A stretch of DNA of 64,000 bases from Desulfobacterales bacterium (GTDB lineage Bacteria; Desulfobacterota; Desulfobacteria; Desulfobacterales; UBA2174): contig CAXXWC010000019.1 in NCBI GenBank assembly GCA_963668645.2, positions 710,053-774,052 of the forward strand. Direction: 5' to 3'. Made by a program: the position numbers and the translations under genes. This document shows positions 20,468 through 29,565 of this stretch, one piece after another; position 1 is the stretch's first letter, and every line of letters begins with the position of its first letter. The notes beneath the pieces were generated by a model. The model did no database searches. It saw only the letters and a program-made list of their open reading frames with translations, and was not told the DNA's origin.

Positions 20468-21682
20468 TCAAAGAAGATTTCGCCGGCGGATCTCCCATTC
20501 ACCGAGCCATTCGGGCAACTGGTCCGCCGGCATCGGTTTGGCGCAAAAATAGCCTTGGGCCAAATCGCAACCGAGCTGCCGCAACAGACTCCAATCATTG
20601 CGATCTTCAGCCCCTTCGGCAACGGTGTGCATTTTCAGCTTGCGCGCCATCTGGATACTTCCCTCGAGGATGGCCCGCCGTTTGAGGTCGCGCCAGGCGC
20701 CGTAGACGAAACTTCTGTCGATCTTGAGTTCGTCAAAAGGAAAATCGCGCAATTGGACAAGGGTCGAATTGCCGGTGCCAAAGTCGTCGATGGAAAGCGT
20801 CACACCTTTGAGCCGCAGTCGGGTAAGTATGTCCAAAGACGCCACGAACTCCTGCATCAAGCGGCTTTCAGTCACCTCCAGGACCAGATACTGGGCCCCG
20901 ACCCCGGCATCACGCAGCACCTGCATCACCAGATCCGGAAAATCCAGTGAACACAGATTGTCCATGGAAATGTTCACCGCCACCTTGAGATCAAGCCCGG
21001 CATCGCACCAGCGGGCGGCCTGATCCATCGCTTCGATCAAGACAGTGCGGGTCAATACGTCCATCAGGCCGTTATCCTCGGCCACCGAGATGAACTGGTC
21101 CGGCAAAATCAGCCCGTCCTGCGGATGCCGCCAGCGGACCAAACTCTCAACACCTGCCAGGGAACCATCTGCCAGCGAAACTTTCGGCTGATATAGACAG
21201 ATCAATTGCCCCTGGGCGATGGCCTGCCGGATCTGCCCGGGCAGGTAGATCTTGCGCACCGGCTTGGGCAGGGCCCTCGATTTCGGCTCGGTATCTTCAA
21301 GCCGCTGCCGCAGCGTTTCTAGATCCACCGGCTTTTCCAAAGCACCGAGCAGGTGTATGCCCTGCTCGTCCGCCAGACGCGCGGCGGCCTGCAGGATGCG
21401 GCTGCCCTCGCCGCTGAGCAGGAGCAAGCTGCCGGCATATCCGCGATTCACCAGGTTCCGCAGAAACTCGATGCCGTCCATTTCAGGCATCTGCAAATCC
21501 GTGATCACCAAGTCGACCAGTTTTTTTTGATCCGGAGCAAAATGCGCAAGCGCCTCACTGGCCCGCTCGCAGGTCACTGCGTTGCCATGGCCTAAATAGA
21601 CAAGCTGACGGCTGAGCAATTTCAGGATAAATGGGTCGTCATCGAGTACGAGAATTTTGCCGTACCGGCTATTCGCTTTCAT
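20468..21682 (-). CDS. Response regulator receiver plus EAL c-di-GMP phosphodiesterase
   Basis: LVLDDD and DLQMPEMDG receiver motifs; YQPKV, ESLVRW, DDFGTG, KIDRSF, AEGAE and QGY motifs. Confidence 0.93.
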   Translation of the reverse strand: MKANSRYGKILVLDDDPFILKLLSRQLVYLGHGNAVTCERASEALAHFAPDQKKLVDLVITDLQMPEMDGIEFLRNLVNRGYAGSLLLLSGEGSRILQAAARLADEQGIHLLGALEKPVDLETLRQRLEDTEPKSRALPKPVRKIYLPGQIRQAIAQGQLICLYQPKVSLADGSLAGVESLVRWRHPQDGLILPDQFISVAEDNGLMDVLTRTVLIEAMDQAARWCDAGLDLKVAVNISMDNLCSLDFPDLVMQVLRDAGVGAQYLVLEVTESRLMQEFVASLDILTRLRLKGVTLSIDDFGTGNSTLVQLRDFPFDELKIDRSFVYGAWRDLKRRAILEGSIQMARKLKMHTVAEGAEDRNDWSLLRQLGCDLAQGYFCAKPMPADQLPEWLGEWEIRRRNLL

Positions 21683-24600
21683 TATCCGCCTCTCCTACCA
21701 AGTGCACAAGCTCCGCAACAAGTTCAGTGTACAGGTGCTTAAACTCCTCGATATGCACCGCTACCAGAGCACCATCACCGCGCTTGCTGGCATTTTCCAG
21801 GTCGGCGCACAGGCTCCCCAAGGCCAGGGCACCGATCGATCTGGACGAAGATTTAAGCCTGTGGGCAATGGCGCCCACGTGCGCGATATCTCCTATGGCG
21901 GCGGCCGCTTCGATTTGACCCGCAGACTCGCCCGCGTTTTCCAGATAGTCTTTTAAAAATTGCCGCAGCAATTGGGGGTCATCACCTATAAGACTCCTGA
22001 TTACGGACGGATCCACCGCCGGCCGGGGCTGGCCGGTTGCGGCGGTCCGATCATCTTGTTCCGGTGGCCTTGCGCCGCCCCCCGGACGCGACGGCAGCAG
22101 CCATGGCTCCAGGGCCTCGCGCAGCTTTTCCAGAAGAATCGGTTTGGTCAAAAAAGCATCCATACCCACGGCGGAGGCATCTTCTTTTCCATTGCGCGTT
22201 GCATCGGCCGTCAACGCTAAAATAGGCAGGCGTGACGGCTTTTTCCCCACAGTGGCCGCCCTGGCTTCTTCTGCGCGGATGGCTCGCGCAAGTTCATAGC
22301 CGTTCATCGCGGGCATGTGCAGATCGGCCAAAAGCAGCCCGAAGCGGCCTTCCTGCCACAAACGCAGGGCTTCTGCACCATCGTTGGCCACTTCCGCGGC
22401 ATAGCCCAGCAGATTCAATTGCTGGAGGATGACCTTTTGATTGACGATATCGTCCTCGGCCACCAGGATCAGGCGGCCGGCGGTGCGTTCTTTCTCCGTG
22501 TTGACCGGGGCTGCGGTAAGGCGGGCTTCTTTGGCCGGCCTGGCCTCTTCGAAAACCCGGCCGGCGGCCAGGCCCACCGCCCTTACAAGGTTGGCGTAAC
22601 GCAGCACGTCGGTGTCGATGTTCACCGTGCCCGCACCGATCAGGCGAGGGTTCGCCCGCCTTCCGTGGGTGATCAGCACTTGGCGCAGACTCGAATCAGA
22701 CGGCACTTTTTGCCGATCGCCCGCATCGCGGACCAGTACGGTCTCTTTATCGGCCCCGGCGATCAATGCCTCTATTTCGCCGGCTGCAGGACGGAGGACC
22801 TTAGCACCGGCATGTTCGAGATATTCTTGCAGATCGTCGGCCACGTAAGACTGGCCGGGAAGCAGGATGCAGCGGATTCCGGCCAGTTTTTGCGCCAGGG
22901 TCTTATCCGGCTGCTCCGCCACGGCCTCCAACGGCAGCAGGACCGTGAATTTCGTCCCCTCGCCCGGCGTGCTGCCCACGGCAATCTGGCCGCCCATCAG
23001 GTCCACGAGGCGTTTGCAGATGGCCAGCCCGAGGCCAGTGCCGCCGAAACGGCGCGTAATGGTGCTGTCGGCTTGGGTGAAGGGCTTAAACAATTTTTCC
23101 ATCATGGCCGGTGGTATGCCGATGCCATTGTCCGTCACCGTAAGACGCAGCAGGGGTGGATCGGCCGGCTGCATCTCCGCTCTCACCTCCACCTGGCCGC
23201 GTTTCTCGGGACGCCCGGCCGAGAACTTTATCGCATTGCCCACCAGGTTGTAGACAACCTGCCGCAACCGGCTTTCATCACCGAAAATATGCTCCGGCAG
23301 TCGCGGCGAAACGAAAAGACGGAGGACCACATGCTGTTGCAGGGTGAGGCCTGCCAGGGTCCGGGTGATGTTTTCAACCAGATCGGCGATCCGAACCACG
23401 CCGTGCTCCAGTTTGATCTGGTCCGCCTCGATCTTGGAAAAATCGAGGACATCGTCGATCAGGTGCAGCAAATGACCGGCCGATGTGCGAATGGTTGTCA
23501 AAAGATCCAACTGGCCGGGCGACAGCTCACTGTGCGCCAGCACTTCAACGAGCCCGAGCACACCGTTCATCGGCGTGCGGATCTCGTGGCTCATACTGGC
23601 AAGAAAAGTCGATTTTGCCCGATTGGCGATGTCGGCCTGTTCCTTGGCCTCTTGCAGCTCGTACTCCTTTTTTTTGCGCTCGGTGATATCTTCCTTGACA
23701 GCCACATAGTGGGTAACTTCTCCCTGGATATTTCGCACCGGCGAGATCGAAGCCAACTCCCAGTAGAGACTGCCGTCTTTTTTCCGGTTGCAGATTTCAC
23801 CGTGCCATACGTTTCCCGAGCTGATCGTGCGCCAAAGATCCTTATAAAATTCGGTTGGATGAATGTCCGACTTGATTAGCCGCGGATTCTTTCCCAGGGC
23901 TTCCTGTATCGTGTAACCGGTGATCCTGGTAAAACTCGGATTGGCATACTCGATGGTTCCATCGAGGTCTGTGATCATCACGGTGCTGGGGCTTTGTTCG
24001 ATGGCCAGACTCAGTTTCTTCAGTTCAAATTCGGTTCTTTCAAGTTCATCGATTTTGCCTTTGAGAATTTCGTTGGCTTTTTTCAATTCCCGCGTGCGCT
24101 CGACAACCCGGTTTTCGAGGACTTCATGGGATTTTCTCAAGGCGGCTTCGGCCCGCTTCAGCTCGCTGACATCCTGAACCGTACCGATCATGCGAATGGG
24201 ATGGCCGCCCCGATCCTGATAGACTTGCCCCCTTTCCCGTACGATCCGCTCGGATCCGTCCCCGAGGCAGATGCGATGTTCCACATCGTAAAAATCCCGT
24301 CCCTTAAGCGCGCTGTTGACGGCCTGATCCACCATGGATCTGTCTTCGGGATGCACAAAACTTAAAAACGCCTCATAGCTGGGTTGAAACGCCTGGGGCT
24401 GCAATCCAAAAATTCTGTAGACTTCATCAGACCAATAGAGACTATTCTCCTTAAGAACCCATTCCCAGTTTCCCACATGGGTGATGCTTTGGGCTTCACG
24501 CAGCCGCATCTCGCTGCGCCGCAATTTTTCCTCGGCCTTCTTTCGATCGGTGATATCGCGGACCACCGCGACCCCCCACCACTGCCCCTCCATATGAACG

Positions 24601-26027
24601 GCATTGAGATTCAGCTCCGCCGGGAAACGCACCCCGTCTTTTCTAAGGGCTTCGACTTCCCGCAACACGCCGATAAACCGGCCCTTCCCGGATTTTGAAA
24701 AGAAATTGAGCCCTTGGGTGGTTTCGGATCTCTGGCTTTGCGGCGTGATAAATTCATGGATATCGCGGCCCATGATTTCGGCAGCGGAAAATCCGAATAT
24801 CCGCCCGGCCGCCTGATTCCAGAATACCACCTGCCCGGATGCATCGATCATCACGATGGCATCCTGTACTGCACCGGTAATGACGTTGAACTTCTTTTCA
24901 TTTTCAACCAGCCGGCAGATCGCCTTGGCACGCCGCAAATGCAACCGGCTCATATATAAAGAAAAGAGGCCGATCACGGCGACAACCAGTCCCAGGCCAG
25001 CCATGGCCACAGGCCACCATGACGGCTTGAGCTGGCTCTTGGGCACGAAGCCCACGGTCTTCCATGTTTCGTCGGCCTCAAGGTCTGAAAAGGCAAAGCC
25101 GAATTTCCGGCTGACGGTCCTCAGATCAACGGTATCATAGGTGAACAGGCCTGCTTTGGATCTTAATTGGCCCTTGCCTTGAGAGGCGATCTGCTGCCAT
25201 TCGTGCGGGTACATCGAGGCCAGGGTGTCGCCGGCCCGTTCTTGGAACATGAACTGCCATTCCATCTCCGGGGAGGGCCCTTTGAGCCAGTCTCCCCGAT
25301 CGTTGACAAGGTAGATTTTACCCAGGGAATGGCTCTCGGCCTGGATCAGTTGCCCGATGAATCCGGCGCCCAGGACGTTTAAAACAATAAGACCCTCCGG
25401 TTGCTGTCCGTTCCAGGATGGAACCCGATGCGCGATGCGGATCATGGGTTTGAACGGCCGCTCTATTGCACTGTGTTCAATGTTCAGGTCAAAGCGCGAT
25501 ACGTATAACAGGTGATCTTCTGACATCCCTTTTTTAAAATAATATCGGTCGCCTTTAAACTGCAGTGCGGATGCGGGTACGACGATACCGCCTTCTTTCT
25601 CGTTCCAGTTGACACGAATCCGCTCCATTCCCGTATGATCGATATAACGGACTTGATCACAGGTTTTTTTATTCTGCATATAGGCCAGAATAGACCCGAC
25701 CAGCATGCGGGACATGCGATCTGGATCGGGATTTTTGGAAATTTCCGCCCGGAGCATATCCACCAGCATAAGGGTGTCCGACAGCTGACCGACCATCGCC
25801 GTTTCGAACAACTGCTTTGCCAGCGCGATGTTTTTCGATTCTTTGAGCTCGATTCTGGTGGAATGAAGGTATTCCTGTTGCAGGACGATGCCCCCCCAGA
25901 AAAGCAAGAAAAGCATCGCCGCCGGCAAGAACATGATCAAAAAAACCTTTATTCTTGACGGAGTAGGCGGAGAATTGATCAGGCTTTCCTTCAAATTTCC
26001 CCCGGAGGCAATCCCTTGGCCGATCAT
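21669..26027 (-). CDS. Hybrid sensor histidine kinase (periplasmic Cache-like, 3 PAS, HisKA, HATPase, REC, Hpt)
   Basis: Two transmembrane helices; PAS ends (RDITDRK, QDVSE, EDITERK); [40 protein letters not shown]. Confidence 0.95.
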   Translation of the reverse strand: MIGQGIASGGNLKESLINSPPTPSRIKVFLIMFLPAAMLFLLFWGGIVLQQEYLHSTRIELKESKNIALAKQLFETAMVGQLSDTLMLVDMLRAEISKNPDPDRMSRMLVGSILAYMQNKKTCDQVRYIDHTGMERIRVNWNEKEGGIVVPASALQFKGDRYYFKKGMSEDHLLYVSRFDLNIEHSAIERPFKPMIRIAHRVPSWNGQQPEGLIVLNVLGAGFIGQLIQAESHSLGKIYLVNDRGDWLKGPSPEMEWQFMFQERAGDTLASMYPHEWQQIASQGKGQLRSKAGLFTYDTVDLRTVSRKFGFAFSDLEADETWKTVGFVPKSQLKPSWWPVAMAGLGLVVAVIGLFSLYMSRLHLRRAKAICRLVENEKKFNVITGAVQDAIVMIDASGQVVFWNQAAGRIFGFSAAEIMGRDIHEFITPQSQRSETTQGLNFFSKSGKGRFIGVLREVEALRKDGVRFPAELNLNAVHMEGQWWGVAVVRDITDRKKAEEKLRRSEMRLREAQSITHVGNWEWVLKENSLYWSDEVYRIFGLQPQAFQPSYEAFLSFVHPEDRSMVDQAVNSALKGRDFYDVEHRICLGDGSERIVRERGQVYQDRGGHPIRMIGTVQDVSELKRAEAALRKSHEVLENRVVERTRELKKANEILKGKIDELERTEFELKKLSLAIEQSPSTVMITDLDGTIEYANPSFTRITGYTIQEALGKNPRLIKSDIHPTEFYKDLWRTISSGNVWHGEICNRKKDGSLYWELASISPVRNIQGEVTHYVAVKEDITERKKKEYELQEAKEQADIANRAKSTFLASMSHEIRTPMNGVLGLVEVLAHSELSPGQLDLLTTIRTSAGHLLHLIDDVLDFSKIEADQIKLEHGVVRIADLVENITRTLAGLTLQQHVVLRLFVSPRLPEHIFGDESRLRQVVYNLVGNAIKFSAGRPEKRGQVEVRAEMQPADPPLLRLTVTDNGIGIPPAMMEKLFKPFTQADSTITRRFGGTGLGLAICKRLVDLMGGQIAVGSTPGEGTKFTVLLPLEAVAEQPDKTLAQKLAGIRCILLPGQSYVADDLQEYLEHAGAKVLRPAAGEIEALIAGADKETVLVRDAGDRQKVPSDSSLRQVLITHGRRANPRLIGAGTVNIDTDVLRYANLVRAVGLAAGRVFEEARPAKEARLTAAPVNTEKERTAGRLILVAEDDIVNQKVILQQLNLLGYAAEVANDGAEALRLWQEGRFGLLLADLHMPAMNGYELARAIRAEEARAATVGKKPSRLPILALTADATRNGKEDASAVGMDAFLTKPILLEKLREALEPWLLPSRPGGGARPPEQDDRTAATGQPRPAVDPSVIRSLIGDDPQLLRQFLKDYLENAGESAGQIEAAAAIGDIAHVGAIAHRLKSSSRSIGALALGSLCADLENASKRGDGALVAVHIEEFKHLYTELVAELVHLVGEADNESE

Positions 26028-26270
26028 CCCCTATTCGGACCAGCCCGACATCCTGTTACCGAGATCTTCAGCCAACGGCTCGGCATAAAAGCGGTTGCCA
26101 AATCTGCCAGCCTCTGCCCAGCGACGACCCAGGATATAAAAATAGCTACATTTTTTGATTTATCACGGGAGCTGAAAAATGCAAAGCCACTTAAATCGGC
26201 GTCAGCAATTCTCAGTGAATCCAAAATGGCTGGGGTCAGGTTTGAAAGACAAGGGAGAGTGGCGGCCGCC

Positions 26271-26296
26271 CCGGCGGGGCCGGCGGGGCCGGCGGG
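26271..26296 (+). repeat. Short tandem repeat (CCGGCGGGG) x about 3
   Basis: ccggcgggg ccggcgggg ccggcggg. Confidence 0.7.
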
Positions 26297-26305
26297 CAAA
26301 CCCGA

Positions 26306-26384
26306 ATCCAATGGCGCGTAAGCCGCGCCATTGGATCCGGCCGTTTGAACAATCGGTGAACCCCACAGATCGGTGGGTTCACCG
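26306..26384. terminator. Two consecutive strong hairpins downstream of fdh (terminator or mRNA-stabilising)
   Basis: ATCCAATGGCGCG-taagc-CGCGCCATTGGAT (26306-26336) and CGGTGAACCC...GGGTTCACCG (26354-26384); U-tracts weak. Confidence 0.5.
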
Positions 26385-26404
26385 GAACTTAAGCAAAAGA
26401 TGAC

Positions 26405-29158
26405 TTATAACTTTTCCAGCCGCACGGCGCAGGCCTTGAATTCGGCGGTCTTGGAAATCGGATCGAAGGCCGGATTGGTCAACCAATTGGCGCAACTTTC
26501 CCTGAAATGAAAGGCCATCCAGACCAGACCCGGGGGCACCTGGTTGGTAATCCGGGCCGGCACCTTGACCGATCCACGCCGGGAAACCACGCGGATCTGC
26601 TCGCCATCGACAATGCCCAGCGACTCGGCGTCGACCGCGGAAATATCGGCGGTTTCCGACCCGAGCAGGGTGTTGAGCCCTTCGCAGCGGCCGGTCTGGG
26701 TCCGGGTATGGTAGTGATAAAGCCTGCGGCCGGTGCTAAGCACCAGGGGGTACTCCTCGTCGGGGACCTCGGCCGGCGGGGTCCACTCCAGGGCGGAGAA
26801 GTTTCCTTTGCCGCAGGTAAAACGGCCGTCTTTGTGCATGATGGTGGTTCCGGGATGGTTCTCGTCGGGAACGGGCCACTGCAGGCCGTCTTTTTCGATG
26901 CGCCGGTAGCGGATACCATTGAAGATCGGCGACAGGGGCGCCACTTCGGCGTCCCAGATCTCGCGGGCACTGGCCGATGCCCAGTCCTGCCCCATGCGGC
27001 AGGCGATCTCCCGGAAGATCCACCAGTTGGGTTTGGCCTCGCCGGGCGGATCGACCGCCCTGCGCACCCGGCTGATCCGCCTTTCGGCATTGGTAAAGGT
27101 GCCCTCGTCCTCGCTCCAGGCCGCCGCCGGCAGCACCACGTGGGCAAAGCGGGTGGTCTCGGTGGGGAAGATGTCGTTGCATACCAGAAACTCGGCCGCC
27201 CCCAGGCAGTGCTCCACGTGGGTGATGTCTGGCTCGGTGTTGGCGATATTTTCGCCGAACACGTAAAGAGCCTTGATCTTGCCGTTTTCCAGCCCGTCGA
27301 TCATGTCGGGGATCATCAGCCCGGGTCTTTCCGGCAGATCAACGCTCCAGGCCCGGCTGAACTTTTCCCGCGCCGCGGGGTCGGCCACCTTCTGGTACCC
27401 GGGATAATCGCCGGGCAGGGCGCCCATGTCGCAGGCCCCCTGGACATTGTTCTGGCCCCGCAGCGGATTCACCCCTCCGTTGGCCACCCCGACGTTTCCC
27501 AGCAGCATCTGCAGGTTGGCACAGGAAAGCACGTTGTTCACGCCGCAGGTATGCTCGGTGATGCCCAGGGTATACATCAGCATGGACGGCCGGGTCGCGG
27601 CCATTTTGCGGGCCACGCGGCGGATGGTGTCGGCCGGAACCCCGCTGATCACGGCGGCCCGCTCGGGCGGATACTGCATGACCATCTGGCGCAGCTCCTC
27701 GAACCCGACGGTATGATCCCGGACATAGTCACGATCGTAGAGCTCCTCTTGGATCAGCACATGCATCATCCCGTTGATCAGGGCCACGTCCGAGCCGACC
27801 TTGATCTGCATGTAGATGTGCGCATGCTCGGCAATGCCGCTCAACCGCGGATCGGCCACGATCAGTTCTGCCCCGTCTCTGACAGCCTGCTTCACGAAGG
27901 TGGCGGCCACCGGATGGGCCTCGGTCATGTTGGCGCCGATGACGAAAAAGAGTTTGGCATTGAGCACTTCGGCAAAGGAATTGGTCATGGCCCCCGACCC
28001 GAAGGCCCGGGCCAGGCCGGCCACGGTGGGCGCGTGGCAGGTGCGGGCGCAGTGGTCGATGTTGTTGGTTCCGATCACCGCCCGGAAAAGCTTCTGCATG
28101 TTGTAGGAATCTTCGTTGATGCTGCGCGCACAACTGATGCCGGCCAGGGCATCCGGGCCATGAAGCGCTTTGATCTGTTGGAACTTTTCGGCCACCAGGT
28201 CCAGGGCCTCGTCCCAGGAGGCCTCGCGGAAGGTTTCGCCCTCTCGGATCAGCGGGTGAGTGAGACGTTCGGCCGAATGGATAAAATCGTATCCGAAACG
28301 CCCTTTGACGCACAGCCGGCCGTAGTTGGGTGCGCCTTCTTCCACCGCCGTCACCTTGACCACGCGGTTTTCCTTGACGTGCAGCCACTGCTGGCAGCCA
28401 ACCCCGCAGTAGGGGCAGGTAGTGCGTATTTTTTCGGCTTCGTTGCCCGTGATCTGGCCGAAGGCCTTCTTTTCGAACAGTGCCCCGGTGGGACAGGCCT
28501 GCAGGCACTGGCCGCAGTGGGTGCATTTTTCATAGTCCACCAAAGGATACCATCCTTGTGGATGGTCCGTGCGGCGGCCGTAGGGCGGCGGGATGGCTCC
28601 GATAACCTGAACCTCGTTGCAGGCCTGCACGCAGCGGCCGCAGCCGATGCAGCGGCTGAAGTCGCGAACGATCATGGGGGTGGCGTCATCCAGGGGATGG
28701 CCGTCGATGGCCTGATCCATACCGGCGACGCTGACCCCGTACTCGATGGCCAGGTCCTGAAGGCGGCAGTCGCCATGGGAGGGGCAGATCCGATCATGCC
28801 AGGGCTGCTGCATGATCCTGAACTGACTTTCGCTCCAGACGCTCTGGGGCTGGTCCATAACCAGGCAGTTGTGGGCCCCGGAGGCCAGCAACAGCTCCAG
28901 GATCTTTTTGCGCGCCGTTCGAACCGCCGGACTGTCGGTGAGAATCTGCATGCCGGCCCCGGCCGGCGTGGCGCAGGCCGGCAGCAACTGATCACTGCCG
29001 GCCACCTCCACCACGCAGATGCGGCATTGCCCGGTGGGATGAACATATTTCAAATGGCAGAGGGTGGGAACGACCAGATCATTGCTTCTTGCCACCTCCA
29101 GGATGGTTTGCCCCGCTTCAAACGCGACGGTTCTATCGTTGAGGCTGAGTGTTGGCAT
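26405..29158 (-). CDS. fdhF: Formate dehydrogenase alpha subunit (FdhF-like, cytoplasmic, Cys-containing) with N-terminal Fe-S domains
   Basis: PTLCH/CRIC 2Fe-2S motif; two CxxCxxCxxxC ferredoxin motifs; TTCPYCGVGC; LCVKGRFG; NNIDHCARTCH with TGC at the metal ligand; PLRGQNNVQG; no Tat signal. Confidence 0.95.
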   Translation of the reverse strand: MPTLSLNDRTVAFEAGQTILEVARSNDLVVPTLCHLKYVHPTGQCRICVVEVAGSDQLLPACATPAGAGMQILTDSPAVRTARKKILELLLASGAHNCLVMDQPQSVWSESQFRIMQQPWHDRICPSHGDCRLQDLAIEYGVSVAGMDQAIDGHPLDDATPMIVRDFSRCIGCGRCVQACNEVQVIGAIPPPYGRRTDHPQGWYPLVDYEKCTHCGQCLQACPTGALFEKKAFGQITGNEAEKIRTTCPYCGVGCQQWLHVKENRVVKVTAVEEGAPNYGRLCVKGRFGYDFIHSAERLTHPLIREGETFREASWDEALDLVAEKFQQIKALHGPDALAGISCARSINEDSYNMQKLFRAVIGTNNIDHCARTCHAPTVAGLARAFGSGAMTNSFAEVLNAKLFFVIGANMTEAHPVAATFVKQAVRDGAELIVADPRLSGIAEHAHIYMQIKVGSDVALINGMMHVLIQEELYDRDYVRDHTVGFEELRQMVMQYPPERAAVISGVPADTIRRVARKMAATRPSMLMYTLGITEHTCGVNNVLSCANLQMLLGNVGVANGGVNPLRGQNNVQGACDMGALPGDYPGYQKVADPAAREKFSRAWSVDLPERPGLMIPDMIDGLENGKIKALYVFGENIANTEPDITHVEHCLGAAEFLVCNDIFPTETTRFAHVVLPAAAWSEDEGTFTNAERRISRVRRAVDPPGEAKPNWWIFREIACRMGQDWASASAREIWDAEVAPLSPIFNGIRYRRIEKDGLQWPVPDENHPGTTIMHKDGRFTCGKGNFSALEWTPPAEVPDEEYPLVLSTGRRLYHYHTRTQTGRCEGLNTLLGSETADISAVDAESLGIVDGEQIRVVSRRGSVKVPARITNQVPPGLVWMAFHFRESCANWLTNPAFDPISKTAEFKACAVRLEKL

Positions 29159-29217
29159 TAAGACACCCCTTTCTTTCCATATTCGTTGATTCCAAGGTGG
29201 AACCTGAAAGGTTCCGC

Positions 29218-29282
29218 GACCGGCGGCTATCGGGTTGCCGTCACGGGCAACATCGATCCAACGCTCAGGTAAAGCCGCTGTC
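29218..29282 (-). promoter_or_regulatory. fdh leader element copy B (UGA plus SECIS-like hairpin)
   Basis: Minus strand GGCTTTACC-TGA-GCGTTGGATCGAT-GTTGCC-CGTGAC-GGCAAC-CCGAT; 21-nt core identical to copy A. The repeat is certain, the function inferred. Confidence 0.6.
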
Positions 29283-29382
29283 GCGGGAAAAGGCGGGTGT
29301 CCGAACCGTTTGAGAACAGACTGCCGGATGGCCGATGATCATCTGCACAAAGCCTATTTATCCATGATTGAATCGGGTTGGG

Positions 29383-29445
29383 GACCGGCGACGCCGGGTT
29401 GCCGTCACGGGCAACCTTGCCGGTAAACTCACGTAAAGCCTGGTC
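29383..29445 (-). promoter_or_regulatory. fdh leader element copy A (UGA plus SECIS-like hairpin)
   Basis: Minus strand GGCTTTACG-TGA-GTTTACCGGCAAG-GTTGCC-CGTGAC-GGCAAC-CCGG; offset 164 nt from copy B. Confidence 0.6.
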
Positions 29446-29565
29446 TGCAGGAAATTGAAAGCATGGGCTTGTTCGACTCGGGGGACCTGTATTATGTGAT
29501 AATCAATTATCCGGCTACTAACAATCGCTGAAAAAGTCAATCCTTGGTGAAGGAGGAATCCGGCC

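Noticed and set aside
29225..29440. c-di-GMP-I riboswitch suggested by CGGGTTGCCG and TAAAGCC on the plus strand
   Set aside because: The pieces are in the wrong order, lack GGCAAA...GACGCAAAGC, and lie on the strand opposite fdh.
29218..29445. Mini CRISPR array
   Set aside because: Only two copies 164 nt apart, partial conservation outside the core, and no cas genes.
29161..29490. Moco/Wco riboswitch upstream of fdh
   Set aside because: Only scattered short resemblances (CCCCGAG, GCCTTTTCCCG, ATGGAAAG) over more than 300 nt, with no coherent aptamer. An Rfam scan is needed to exclude it formally.
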